A stretch of 64,000 nucleotides of DNA, taken from NCBI GenBank assembly GCA_034434835.1, contig DAOTXX010000064.1, positions 3,402-67,401 of the forward strand, in the 5' to 3' direction. Origin of the DNA: Thermoflexales bacterium. Lineage in GTDB: Bacteria; Chloroflexota; Anaerolineae; Fen-1058. Below are positions 26,569 through 35,085 of the stretch, piece after piece. The notes beneath the pieces are model-generated. The model saw nothing but the letters and a program-made list of their open reading frames with translations, did no database searches and was not told the DNA's origin. The translations under genes and the position numbers were made by a program. Within the stretch, counting starts at the first letter, position 1. The number at the start of each line of letters is the position of its first letter.

Positions 26569-27423
26569 TTACCTGAGCGTGAGCAGGTAGGCGATGAGAT
26601 CAGCAAGGCCCTGCGCGTCAAGCTTGGCCGTGCCATAATCCTTGGGCATCAAGCCGTCGGAGTAGGTCGGCACAATGTAAGCACTGGTTTGCACAATGGA
26701 TTCGCGGATGTACTGCTCGCCCGTCGTCGCCTTGCCCTTGTAGTCAGACGCCTTGATACGCTCACTTGAGCGGGTGGCAATCCCGGCTAACGAGGGGCCG
26801 ACGATCTTTTCATCGGGTTTGAGCGAGTGGCACGCCGCGCACCCCTGAGCCGTAAAGAGGCTCTTGCCGTTGTCTGCGTTGCCTGCGGGCAGCGATGTAT
26901 CCAGCGCCACACCCACCGGCTGAGCCACCGGCGCTCCGCCCACTACGCCGGCGCCGGTCCCGGCGGCCAGCGCCGTTTCTTTCCAGTTCATGACAAACAC
27001 AGTCAGGTTGTTGACCTGGTCCGCACGCAGCGGCCCACCATACGCCTGGCCCCAGGTGGGCATCGGGTTGGGATAGGACGGATTGCTCTTGACCGGACGC
27101 CCAGCGGCGATGGTGCTTCGGATGTAATCTTCCACTTTGCCTGCATAGCCATGCTGCTTGAGCCGCTCACCGTTGAACAGGTCGGCGGCGTTGAGTGCAG
27201 GCGCGACACCGGGAATACCCTGCCCCTGGACCCCGTGACACCCCACGCAGTTGTTCTGGTATAGTAACGCGCCTGCCTCGATCGAGCGAGCGCTCACCGC
27301 CGCGTCAAACTTTTGCATGCGCCCCGACTGACCGGGCAGCGGCCCTTCGTTGACGAGGGCATAGCCAAGGACGGCAACGATCAGCATGAACAGCAAGGCT
27401 CCGAGTGCGATCCTGAGTTCCAT
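26569..27423 (-). CDS. Dihaem cytochrome c
   Basis: CVGCHG and CAACHS haem-binding motifs, N-terminal signal/TM. Confidence 0.7.
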   Translation of the reverse strand: MELRIALGALLFMLIVAVLGYALVNEGPLPGQSGRMQKFDAAVSARSIEAGALLYQNNCVGCHGVQGQGIPGVAPALNAADLFNGERLKQHGYAGKVEDYIRSTIAAGRPVKSNPSYPNPMPTWGQAYGGPLRADQVNNLTVFVMNWKETALAAGTGAGVVGGAPVAQPVGVALDTSLPAGNADNGKSLFTAQGCAACHSLKPDEKIVGPSLAGIATRSSERIKASDYKGKATTGEQYIRESIVQTSAYIVPTYSDGLMPKDYGTAKLDAQGLADLIAYLLTLR

Positions 27424-27441
27424 GTCGGTGACCTCGCTTTC

Positions 27442-29070
27442 CTATTCGGTATAGTCCGAGTCGCGGTGGATATACACCGTGTTCTCATAAGGCTGCGGCA
27501 CGCCGTTGACGACGGGCATCGTGCTCCACAAGATGCGCAGCGTCACCTTCTTGAGGTTGACGCCGTTGGCATCGTTCTGCCAGTCTTCGATCACGAGCAC
27601 AGCGCGTCCACCGGGCAGGTCCTTGTGCCTGGATACTTCGCGGTTGATTTCCTTGAGGATCTTGCTCAACTCAGGACGGTTAGGCACATCGGTCACCTGG
27701 GAGGTATCGTACTCGCCTGCCACGAGCTGCTCGAAAGGCATCGAACGGATCGGGCCAGCTTGCTCGGGCGGGAGAAACTTGAAGCCTACTTCGTCAGGCG
27801 GCGGCGCTTTGACGCCATAAGACGGCGTGCCCATGTAGGTCAGAACCACCAACACAGCAGCGGCAACCAATCCCAATGCGAGCGCGATCCGGCGATCCTT
27901 GTACAGGCGGCTGCGATTAAAATCAACATACGGGATAATCGCCAGGAACAGGAAAATCACCGTGGGCAAGATGACGCCCATCAACGTGGGGTCGCCCAGC
28001 TTGAGCATGCCTTGAATCCATAAGAAATACCACGGCGCAGTCGTATGCAGCGGCGTGACAAGGGGGTCGGCGTGATGCTCAAGCGGCGCGTCGTAAAAGA
28101 AGATGACCGCCACAACGAGCGCTGCGATCGCCAACCCGGCCCAAAACAACTCATTAGTGAGAATATCCGGCAGGAACGGCACGCGCTTTTCGGGGGGAAC
28201 TTTGCGCGCATTGTCTTCGCCGGGTGCCTCCATGCCGGGCGGCAGGCTATGACCATGCCGGATAACTTTGTAGTAATGGACGGCGATGAACAAAACACAC
28301 AGGGCTGGCAAGAAAATGATGTGCAGCAGATAAAAGCGCAACAGGCCGTTCGGGCCGATAGTCGCTGCCCCACGCAGCAAGAGGTTGGCTTCGTTGCCGC
28401 CGACAGGCGCTTTTTCGGCCATACTCGTGCCGATCGTCACCGCCCAGAACGCAAGTTGATCCCATGGCAGCAGATAGCCGGTAAAGCTCAAGCCCAGCGT
28501 GATGATCAGCAAGACCACGCCGGTCAGCCACGTGAACTGCCTGGGCGCCTTGTAGCTGCCCGTGAGAAACGTGCGGAACATGTGCAGCGCCACAACGATC
28601 ACCATGCCCTCCGCCGCCAGCCGATGAATGTCACGCATGAGTTGGCCCAACGGCACCGCGCTGAGGATCTTGAGCATGCTCTGGTATGCGCTGTCCGGCG
28701 TCGGTGAGTAAAACACCATCAGGATGGTGCCAGTGATGGCCTCGATCAAAAAAAACAGCACACTCAAAAAGCCCAGCCGGAATGTAGGATAGAACCGGGT
28801 GACGGCCTGATGGTAAAACGTGGGCCGAATATGAAGGATAAAGCCTTCGGTGTGGGGCTTGACGCGCGGATTGGGCTTGCCGGGCGGATCGCCGCGCAAC
28901 ACACTGCGCACATCGTTGATCGTGAGCCCAGCGGTGATACGGACAATCGTGTCATCAATCGTCGCGAATATGAACTTTTTAATGCCTTGTTTGCGAACCT
29001 CTTCGATGCGAGTGCGGACGCGGTCAATCCTGGCGCGGAATGTTTGGGAAATACTTGAAAGAATACTCAT
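27442..29070 (-). CDS. petB: Cytochrome b (fused b6 + subunit IV-like, with C-terminal extension) of a bc-type complex
   Basis: Cyt b helices with conserved His pairs (...VALHMFRTF..., ...YLLPWDQLAFWAVTIGT...); 542 aa. Confidence 0.8.
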   Translation of the reverse strand: MSILSSISQTFRARIDRVRTRIEEVRKQGIKKFIFATIDDTIVRITAGLTINDVRSVLRGDPPGKPNPRVKPHTEGFILHIRPTFYHQAVTRFYPTFRLGFLSVLFFLIEAITGTILMVFYSPTPDSAYQSMLKILSAVPLGQLMRDIHRLAAEGMVIVVALHMFRTFLTGSYKAPRQFTWLTGVVLLIITLGLSFTGYLLPWDQLAFWAVTIGTSMAEKAPVGGNEANLLLRGAATIGPNGLLRFYLLHIIFLPALCVLFIAVHYYKVIRHGHSLPPGMEAPGEDNARKVPPEKRVPFLPDILTNELFWAGLAIAALVVAVIFFYDAPLEHHADPLVTPLHTTAPWYFLWIQGMLKLGDPTLMGVILPTVIFLFLAIIPYVDFNRSRLYKDRRIALALGLVAAAVLVVLTYMGTPSYGVKAPPPDEVGFKFLPPEQAGPIRSMPFEQLVAGEYDTSQVTDVPNRPELSKILKEINREVSRHKDLPGGRAVLVIEDWQNDANGVNLKKVTLRILWSTMPVVNGVPQPYENTVYIHRDSDYTE

Positions 29071-29140
29071 TCCTTGGCTCTCCTCAGATCAGTTGCACAT
29101 TAATCAGTCAATCGGCTTTCGGACAACCCGGCGCCGACCG

Positions 29141-29680
29141 CTAGGCGCGCCTCTTGCCATCAATCTTTTTACCCGTGTCAATAACCAGCGTGGAGCTGGG
29201 ATCGGTCACCTTGACTGGCCCACCATTGGCACCGGTCTGCGCGATGACCTGGCCGCTGGCATCTTGCACCTGGACGGCAAACCTATCCAGGCTGCGCGGC
29301 GCAGGGCCTTCGATGTACGTGCCGTCGAGCTGGAACTTGGAGCCGTGGCAGGGGCACTCGAAGCGGCCGTTGATCGTAGACCAGGCGTAGAGGCAACCCA
29401 GATGCGTGCAGACTTTATAGAGTGCGTACACTCCTTCTTTGGTATTGGACAACCAGAAACGGCCTTCGTTGTTGGCGACCGGTCCACTATCTGGTTGTGG
29501 CAACGAGGAAGCAGGAACACTGAACGTGCCGCCGAACTCGCCCGCCTTGAAGCGCGGCAAAGCAAAAAGAAAGATCGCCCCACCCAATTCGGCCATAAAA
29601 AGCGCCATCGCGGCGCCCCACACATAGTTGAGGAATTCTCGACGGGTCACTCCCTTGGCTGCAGCGACCGTCTCGGCCAT
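29141..29680 (-). CDS. petC: Rieske [2Fe-2S] iron-sulfur protein
   Basis: CTHLGC and CPCHGS boxes; N-terminal TM with twin-Arg (TRREFLNY). Confidence 0.8.
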   Translation of the reverse strand: MAETVAAAKGVTRREFLNYVWGAAMALFMAELGGAIFLFALPRFKAGEFGGTFSVPASSLPQPDSGPVANNEGRFWLSNTKEGVYALYKVCTHLGCLYAWSTINGRFECPCHGSKFQLDGTYIEGPAPRSLDRFAVQVQDASGQVIAQTGANGGPVKVTDPSSTLVIDTGKKIDGKRRA

Positions 29681-29985
29681 AAAGACACCTCCTTCAAAAT
29701 TGGCTGCGATAAAGAACGCGCGGGATTATAGCACTAAATTTTTCAGACCACAAGTGCAATAATTAACGCACTTGCGTCGCCAAGAACTTGTTTGAATCCA
29801 GAACCACTCGTCAAGCGAGCCATGAGCTGAAAGCCGATCAAGAATATTATTGGGAAAGCAGAAGAAAGGCCGCGACGATCAGGCCCGTGAGCATCAGACC
29901 CGAAGGTTACTTGGAATCCTTCGGGTCTGATGCCTGAATTCAGGACACCCCGCTTGTGCTCACAGGATGAGTTGAGTGTTTTGCA

Positions 29986-30828
29986 TTATTGGCTCTGGCG
30001 AAATTCGATGCCACCATTGCTAGAGTGCAGCTCAATCGAGATCGTCGGGTTGCCGCCGACCGTTCCCCGCATTTCCGAGTCACGTGACCCGCCGGTGCGA
30101 GTCACCGGGAACTCGCTGGTGATTCGGCCGTTGCTTGTTTCCGCGTCGAACGTGAAGCTGGCGCCAGACGGCAAGGTGAGCGTGATGCGTCCATTCGAGG
30201 TGCGGAATGAGTGGTCGCCTGCAGCCAGCGAGCCTCCGAACTCCAAAGCCCCATTGGAGGTACGAGCGTTGACGATCGCACTTGCAGCTTTGATCTCGAT
30301 GTTGCCATTGCTCGTATCCAGCTTGAGGTGGCCTGTGCTGCCGTCCACTTCAATCCTGCCATTTGACGTGTTCGCGGTCACATCGCTCGTCGGGCCGGTT
30401 ACCACAATCTTGCCGTTACTTGATCGCAATTCCAGGCTCGCCCCTTTGGGCACCTTGACGCTAGCAGAAGCGCCCGAGTTGCCGAACGTTGCTCTTTGGC
30501 TGGGCCGCCGCGCGGTGACGCGGATCGTGCTGCCCTCTTGTGTCATCGAGACCTGGATATCTCTCAGGTCTTCTTGAGCAGCCGCCTGGCTGTTGCCCGA
30601 GCCACGTTTGGTCACACTGGCCTGGACAGTGCTTCCCGAATCCGTTGTGATCTGAATCGTGCCATTGAACACTTCAACGACGACGCGTGGCGCTGTGGTG
30701 ACCTCAAACGACTGCGTGATCGTTTCCTCAGTCGTAAAGAGATTGACACCCGTGATAGTGTTACAACCCAACGAGGCTGCGATCAACGCGATCAAAACAA
30801 CGATAAAGGATTGGCGTGTGTTCAACAT
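29986..30828 (-). CDS. Lipoprotein with DUF4097-like putative adhesin beta-helix repeats
   Basis: Lipobox LIAASLGC; repeated (S/T)SNG(R/K/N/G)I(E/T/V) units; start trimmed to remove overlap with upstream gene. Confidence 0.5.
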   Translation of the reverse strand: MLNTRQSFIVVLIALIAASLGCNTITGVNLFTTEETITQSFEVTTAPRVVVEVFNGTIQITTDSGSTVQASVTKRGSGNSQAAAQEDLRDIQVSMTQEGSTIRVTARRPSQRATFGNSGASASVKVPKGASLELRSSNGKIVVTGPTSDVTANTSNGRIEVDGSTGHLKLDTSNGNIEIKAASAIVNARTSNGALEFGGSLAAGDHSFRTSNGRITLTLPSGASFTFDAETSNGRITSEFPVTRTGGSRDSEMRGTVGGNPTISIELHSSNGGIEFRQSQ

Positions 30829-30889
30829 CTGTATTCTCCAGGTCAAACCTCCCACAGGGCTTGCCCTGCAGGAGGTTTCCGACGAATTT

Positions 30890-32266
30890 CTACAGTTCGC
30901 CCACCGGCTTGTCGAGCGGCGAAGTTGTGGGAGGTGATTCGCCTGGCGGAGTCGAGTCAGCCACAGGTACAGCAGGCTCTGGCGCTGCAGGCTGTGGAGG
31001 CTCTGGCGCTGTTGGTGCCGGTGGTGCAGGCGGCACGCCTGGCGCGACGGGCGCAGCCGGAGCTGATCCCCCCGATGCGGGCGGCACGTGATTCGGTATG
31101 TACTCGCGCGTGCCAAAGCGCGTCAACACGACAGCCCCCAATCCAAGTGGCGCAAGCACAGCAAAGAGCACCCAGCCCAAGAGGCCGATGAGGCCGAGGC
31201 CGCAGAGCCACCAGAACTCACCCAATGAGCCTAGCGATGAAAGCCCTAGCCACAGCACAGTGATCATCGCCGTGCCCGCCGCCGCGCAAGTTGCTGGCGT
31301 GGCATAGCGCACACCCAAAGCGCCAAGCAGCCGTTCGCCAATGATCTGGCCGATTGCGATCCAGCCAACCAGCCAGGCAACCGCCAGCGCCAACCAGATA
31401 GCTCCCAGGAACAAGAGACCGATCAATCCCAGTCCGCAAGCAACAACCAGGATCGCCGATAGGATCGTCAAAGCGATGAATACCGGGATGGCAACGATAT
31501 AGACCAGGACCGTCAGGAGACCGACCACCCAACTGATGGCCGGGGCAATGGTAATAGTTTGCCGCACCCGTTCGATCGGATCGTGCCATAGTGCGGTGAC
31601 AAACACAGCCAAAGCCGCTAGCACAACAGCCGTGACCATCGCGCTCACAAGTTCGCCTGTAAAGCTCCAGAATCTATAGAGGCCTCTTTCGACCAGGGTC
31701 TGGGGTTGGCTGGGAACAGGTACAACAGGCGGAATGGGCACGACCGGCGCAACAGGTACACCGCTAGACTCGCCACCATGTATCTGCGCGCCCGGCTCAC
31801 GGGTGAGCGCGCCACCGACGCGAACCAGTTGCCCATCCACCACAGCGGACGAGCGCAATCGCACGTCGCCACCGATCAGCACCAGGTCACCCTGCACGCG
31901 GCCTGCGATGTCGGCACTGCCGCCGAACAGGACCACGTTGCCGTCCACGCGGGTATCGGTTTGCAACGTCGCCACACCTCCAAATACGACCAGGTCACCG
32001 CGCAGTCGTTCGCCGGGGCGCAGTGTGTAGCTTCCGCCAAAGATAACCTTGCCTTCTTCGTCGCCAATTTCAAAGCCCGGCTGGCTTTCGGTGGTCGGTG
32101 CAGGAGTCGGTTGCGTCACGGGAGCCGGTGTCGGCAGCGGCGATGTGACGGTTGCTTCTGGTGTGGCCTGAGGCTGCATGTTGCGCCCCGGCCCGGCCGC
32201 CATCACCGGTAGCGCCATCATCGCCGTCAAAACAAGAAGCATCAATATCAACCCTGTTTTCTTCAT
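30890..32266 (-). CDS. Membrane protein with periplasmic bactofilin-like repeat domain, multiple TM helices and Pro-rich C-terminus
   Basis: Signal peptide; VDGNVVLFGGSADIAGRVQGDLVLIGGDVRLRS... beta-helical repeat pattern; about 7 TM. Confidence 0.45.
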   Translation of the reverse strand: MKKTGLILMLLVLTAMMALPVMAAGPGRNMQPQATPEATVTSPLPTPAPVTQPTPAPTTESQPGFEIGDEEGKVIFGGSYTLRPGERLRGDLVVFGGVATLQTDTRVDGNVVLFGGSADIAGRVQGDLVLIGGDVRLRSSAVVDGQLVRVGGALTREPGAQIHGGESSGVPVAPVVPIPPVVPVPSQPQTLVERGLYRFWSFTGELVSAMVTAVVLAALAVFVTALWHDPIERVRQTITIAPAISWVVGLLTVLVYIVAIPVFIALTILSAILVVACGLGLIGLLFLGAIWLALAVAWLVGWIAIGQIIGERLLGALGVRYATPATCAAAGTAMITVLWLGLSSLGSLGEFWWLCGLGLIGLLGWVLFAVLAPLGLGAVVLTRFGTREYIPNHVPPASGGSAPAAPVAPGVPPAPPAPTAPEPPQPAAPEPAVPVADSTPPGESPPTTSPLDKPVGEL

Positions 32267-32327
32267 TGCAATTCCTCCATGTCCATCTCGTATCTATAGT
32301 GACAACGTGAGTCGTCGCTACGAATCG

Positions 32328-32912
32328 TCATTGGATCACGATGAACATCGGCAACATCTCTGCACTTCGTCGCCGTGTGACATTTCTCATCACAAAAGCC
32401 CAGGCCGCCGTGACAGAGATCAACATCACGGCATAACCCGCCAAGAGTGGCCCACTCGACCTCAGGAGAGAACGACCCGCCTCGAACAGCGCACCGAGTG
32501 TGACGAGCCAGCGTGCGATCTCTGTGACGATATTGACGAACAGAGACGGCGCGCTTTCCATCAGGCTGGCAAGGCCCAACCACGCGGCGATCAATGCCGG
32601 GATCGTCAAGAGCGCCAGAGCCGCCGTCCCCGCAACCAACACGCCGACCCAGGCGATAGCCCGTTCGCGCCGGGCGCGCCGAGTCTGAAGCGCTTGATGC
32701 TGCGCCCACCGTTCGGCAAAACGATTGACAAAGCCAGGCGCTGGCGCCAAGGTGGCGGCGCTGGATAGAACGCGATCCACTTGCTGAAACGCAACCCATC
32801 GAGTATGGCACTCGACGCAGACCGCCAGGTGTGCCTCCAGTTCTGTGCGTTCTTGCGCTGTCAGCCGCCCGTCTAGCATCAACGACATCCGCTCGCCATA
32901 GTCGTGTGTCAT
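32328..32912 (-). CDS. Zinc-finger (HxxxCxxC) anti-sigma factor with TM helix
   Basis: HLAVCVECH motif; immediately downstream of ECF sigma. Confidence 0.6.
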   Translation of the reverse strand: MTHDYGERMSLMLDGRLTAQERTELEAHLAVCVECHTRWVAFQQVDRVLSSAATLAPAPGFVNRFAERWAQHQALQTRRARRERAIAWVGVLVAGTAALALLTIPALIAAWLGLASLMESAPSLFVNIVTEIARWLVTLGALFEAGRSLLRSSGPLLAGYAVMLISVTAAWAFVMRNVTRRRSAEMLPMFIVIQ

Positions 32913-32916
32913 CGCT

Positions 32917-33492
32917 TCACCTCACCAAGTGGTTCGCCGCCATCTGAAATCGTACGGCCCGATCCGCCAACATCGTTCGCGCGCGAAACAGCCTGGACTT
33001 GACTGCGCTCACCGTGCTGTGCATCGCTTCCGCGATCTCTTCGTAGGACAAATCGTACCAGTAACGCAGCACAACCGGCAGCCGGTAATCCGGCGGGAGT
33101 GTCGCGAGCATCTTGCGCACGGTCGTTTCCTTTTCTTCCTGCAACATCGTGTCCTCCGGGCCAAATTCGAGAGTGACCAGCGACTCGGCGGGTGCTTCTT
33201 CGTCTTCAATCGAGAGCCACGTCAACCGCCTGCGCCGCAACAAGTCAATGCAATAGTGTGATGCGATGGAAAGCAGCCACGAACTGAACTTGCGTCCCGG
33301 CTGGTAGGTCGAAAATTGAGTGTACGCGCGCAAAAATGTCTCCTGGGCGGCTTCTTCGGCTTCGGCGCTATCCCCCAACATTCGATAGGCTAGGTTGTAG
33401 ACCGGTTTCTGATATGCTTCGACCAGGCGGGTAAACGCTGCCGTATTGCCACGCCGGGCTGCCGCCAGGTCAGCGGTTTCGTTGTCGTACAA
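32917..33492 (-). CDS. ECF-subfamily RNA polymerase sigma-70 factor
   Basis: Region 2 (YQKPVYNLAYRMLG...ETFLRAY) and region 4 (LPPDYRLPVVLRYWYDLSYEEIAEAMHSTVSAVKSRL). Confidence 0.8.
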   Translation of the reverse strand: MYDNETADLAAARRGNTAAFTRLVEAYQKPVYNLAYRMLGDSAEAEEAAQETFLRAYTQFSTYQPGRKFSSWLLSIASHYCIDLLRRRRLTWLSIEDEEAPAESLVTLEFGPEDTMLQEEKETTVRKMLATLPPDYRLPVVLRYWYDLSYEEIAEAMHSTVSAVKSRLFRARTMLADRAVRFQMAANHLVR

Positions 33493-33620
33493 AGGTGCGC
33501 TCCTGGGCCTTGCGGGCCGCTTTCACAGATTACTACGGATTATAGCGCAAAAAGTTGCGTCGCCACATCATCCAAGCCTCCCGCAGGTTCATGCAACCTG
33601 TGGAGGCTTGAGCTGGAGGC

Positions 33621-33650
33621 AAAAAAAGCCCGGCGCAAGGCCGGGCCTGG
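33621..33650 (-). terminator. Intrinsic terminator after lexA
   Basis: GCCCGGCCTTGCGCCGGGC + TTTTTTT on minus strand. Confidence 0.5.
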
Positions 33651-33666
33651 GAACGATGAGGCAATC

Positions 33667-34359
33667 TCACGTAAGCTGCCGCAACACTGCGACGACTTTG
33701 CCCTGGATCTCGACATTGGCCGGGTCAACATAGATGGGTTTCATCGTCGGATTGGCCGGTTGCAGTCGGACGCGCGGCTTGGCACCTCGAGGTCTTTCGT
33801 AATAAAAATGCTTGAGAGTCGTTTCCTCTCGGTCTTTGAGCCACACGGCCACCATCTCGCCGTTGTGAGCTTCCTTCTGATATTTCATCACCACAATGTC
33901 ACCATCATTGATGAGCGCATCTATCATCGAATTGCCGCGCACCTCCAGCGCATACAAGTCTTCTTGCTCGCGGACGATGTCGCGCGTCAACTCGATCGCG
34001 CGGTCGCCCATCGGTGAAAAGTTGCTGCCCGGGATCGGGATCGGTTGACCGGCCGCGATCACACCGAGCACTGGCACCTGGAATTGGCTTGCGGCTTCTT
34101 GAACCGGGCCGATCCTCTGCAAGGGCATCGTGAACGGGTTGCCGTTGACGTCTTTGAGCAAGCGGATGCCGCGCGAAATCTCTTTGTCGCGCGCAATGTA
34201 CCCCATGCGCTCCAACACGTTGAGGTTATAGGCGACGACCGAAGTGGACGAGATGCCGCCCCCCTCCAAAATCTCGCGGACGCTGGGGGGATACGAGTGC
34301 CGACGGATGAACCGGGTAATGTACTCGATGATTGCACGCTGCTTGGCAGATAGAGCCAT
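33667..34359 (-). CDS. lexA: LexA repressor
   Basis: N-terminal wHTH, Ala-Gly cleavage region, S24 peptidase motifs (GNSM, K-containing VVMK). Confidence 0.85.
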   Translation of the reverse strand: MALSAKQRAIIEYITRFIRRHSYPPSVREILEGGGISSTSVVAYNLNVLERMGYIARDKEISRGIRLLKDVNGNPFTMPLQRIGPVQEAASQFQVPVLGVIAAGQPIPIPGSNFSPMGDRAIELTRDIVREQEDLYALEVRGNSMIDALINDGDIVVMKYQKEAHNGEMVAVWLKDREETTLKHFYYERPRGAKPRVRLQPANPTMKPIYVDPANVEIQGKVVAVLRQLT

Positions 34360-34421
34360 GGTGACCTCCTGATTTCCCAAAGAAAATCCCAAACGGTTTC
34401 CCAAGTTGGTCTTATTGTATC

Positions 34422-34435
34422 AGAACATCAGTTCT
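34422..34435. promoter_or_regulatory. SOS box AGAACATCAGTTCT (GAAC-N4-GTTC) overlapping lexA promoter -10 (TACAAT)
   Basis: Perfect Gram-positive-type LexA palindrome about 60 bp upstream of lexA start. Confidence 0.6.
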
Positions 34436-34574
34436 GTGTCAAGGGGCAATCTGTGTAAATCCCTAGACATTCGGGCCTGGAAGGTTGTCGGGGCCAGGGG
34501 ATTACTTTCTATATTGACACAGCGCGGGGTTTCGGCTATACTTCAACGAGTATTTAAGTGAAATCAGGAGGCTT

Positions 34575-34955
34575 ATGCCCACGCGGAAACAGGCCGTGTT
34601 GAGCGGCGAGGTGTGCGAAATCTTTTGCTTCGACGAAAAGCTGGTGGCGCAAATCAAGGAGCAGGTCACCGCCGTCGAGGGGCTTTCGCGTGTGTTTCGA
34701 GTGCTCGGCGACGAGACGCGCGCCCGGATCGTTTACGCACTGGCGCAGGCTGAACGATTGTGCGTGTGCGACATTGCGCAGATCGTCGGCTTATCACTAC
34801 CAGCCGTCTCGCATCACCTGCGGGTGCTCCGCAAGCAAAATATGGCTCGCGCTTCCAAAGAGGGCAAGATGGTCTTTTACTCGCTGGCGGATGATCACGT
34901 TGCGGCGCTCATCAGGCAAGGCGCGGAACATGCCAGCGAGATCAAGCATAGATAA
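34575..34955 (+). CDS. ArsR/SmtB-family metalloregulator
   Basis: HTH ...CVCDIAQIVGLSLPAVSHHLRVLR... with metal-binding CVC. Confidence 0.75.
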   Translation: MPTRKQAVLSGEVCEIFCFDEKLVAQIKEQVTAVEGLSRVFRVLGDETRARIVYALAQAERLCVCDIAQIVGLSLPAVSHHLRVLRKQNMARASKEGKMVFYSLADDHVAALIRQGAEHASEIKHR

Positions 34956-35062
34956 GAGCCTGTCCGAAAACTAGCGGGTCAGGCTCCCATGCCCGACACC
35001 TGCCGCCGTCAGGGGGTTCGGCGGCGTGGGAGCCGCCTGTGCTGGGTTTTCGGATAGATTCC
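34954..35062. repeat. About 110-bp palindromic element bounded by inverted AAGAGCCTGTCCGAAAACTAG / GTTTTCGGATAGATTC
   Basis: Nested inverted repeats seen directly; same end-motif solo at 5161-5181 and 59886-59898. Confidence 0.5.
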
Positions 35063-35085
35063 AAGTCTATCGGTAAAGGCGAAAG

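Noticed and set aside
29986-31116. ORF-track call overlapping the upstream gene by 226 bp
   Set aside because: N-terminal 96 codons are Arg-rich junk; real start is the lipoprotein signal MLNTRQSFIVVLIALIAASLGC at 30828.
34966-35058. Possible tRNA or structured ncRNA between arsR and cadA
   Set aside because: No tRNA cloverleaf or conserved T-loop; explained as a palindromic repeat element with family motif ends.
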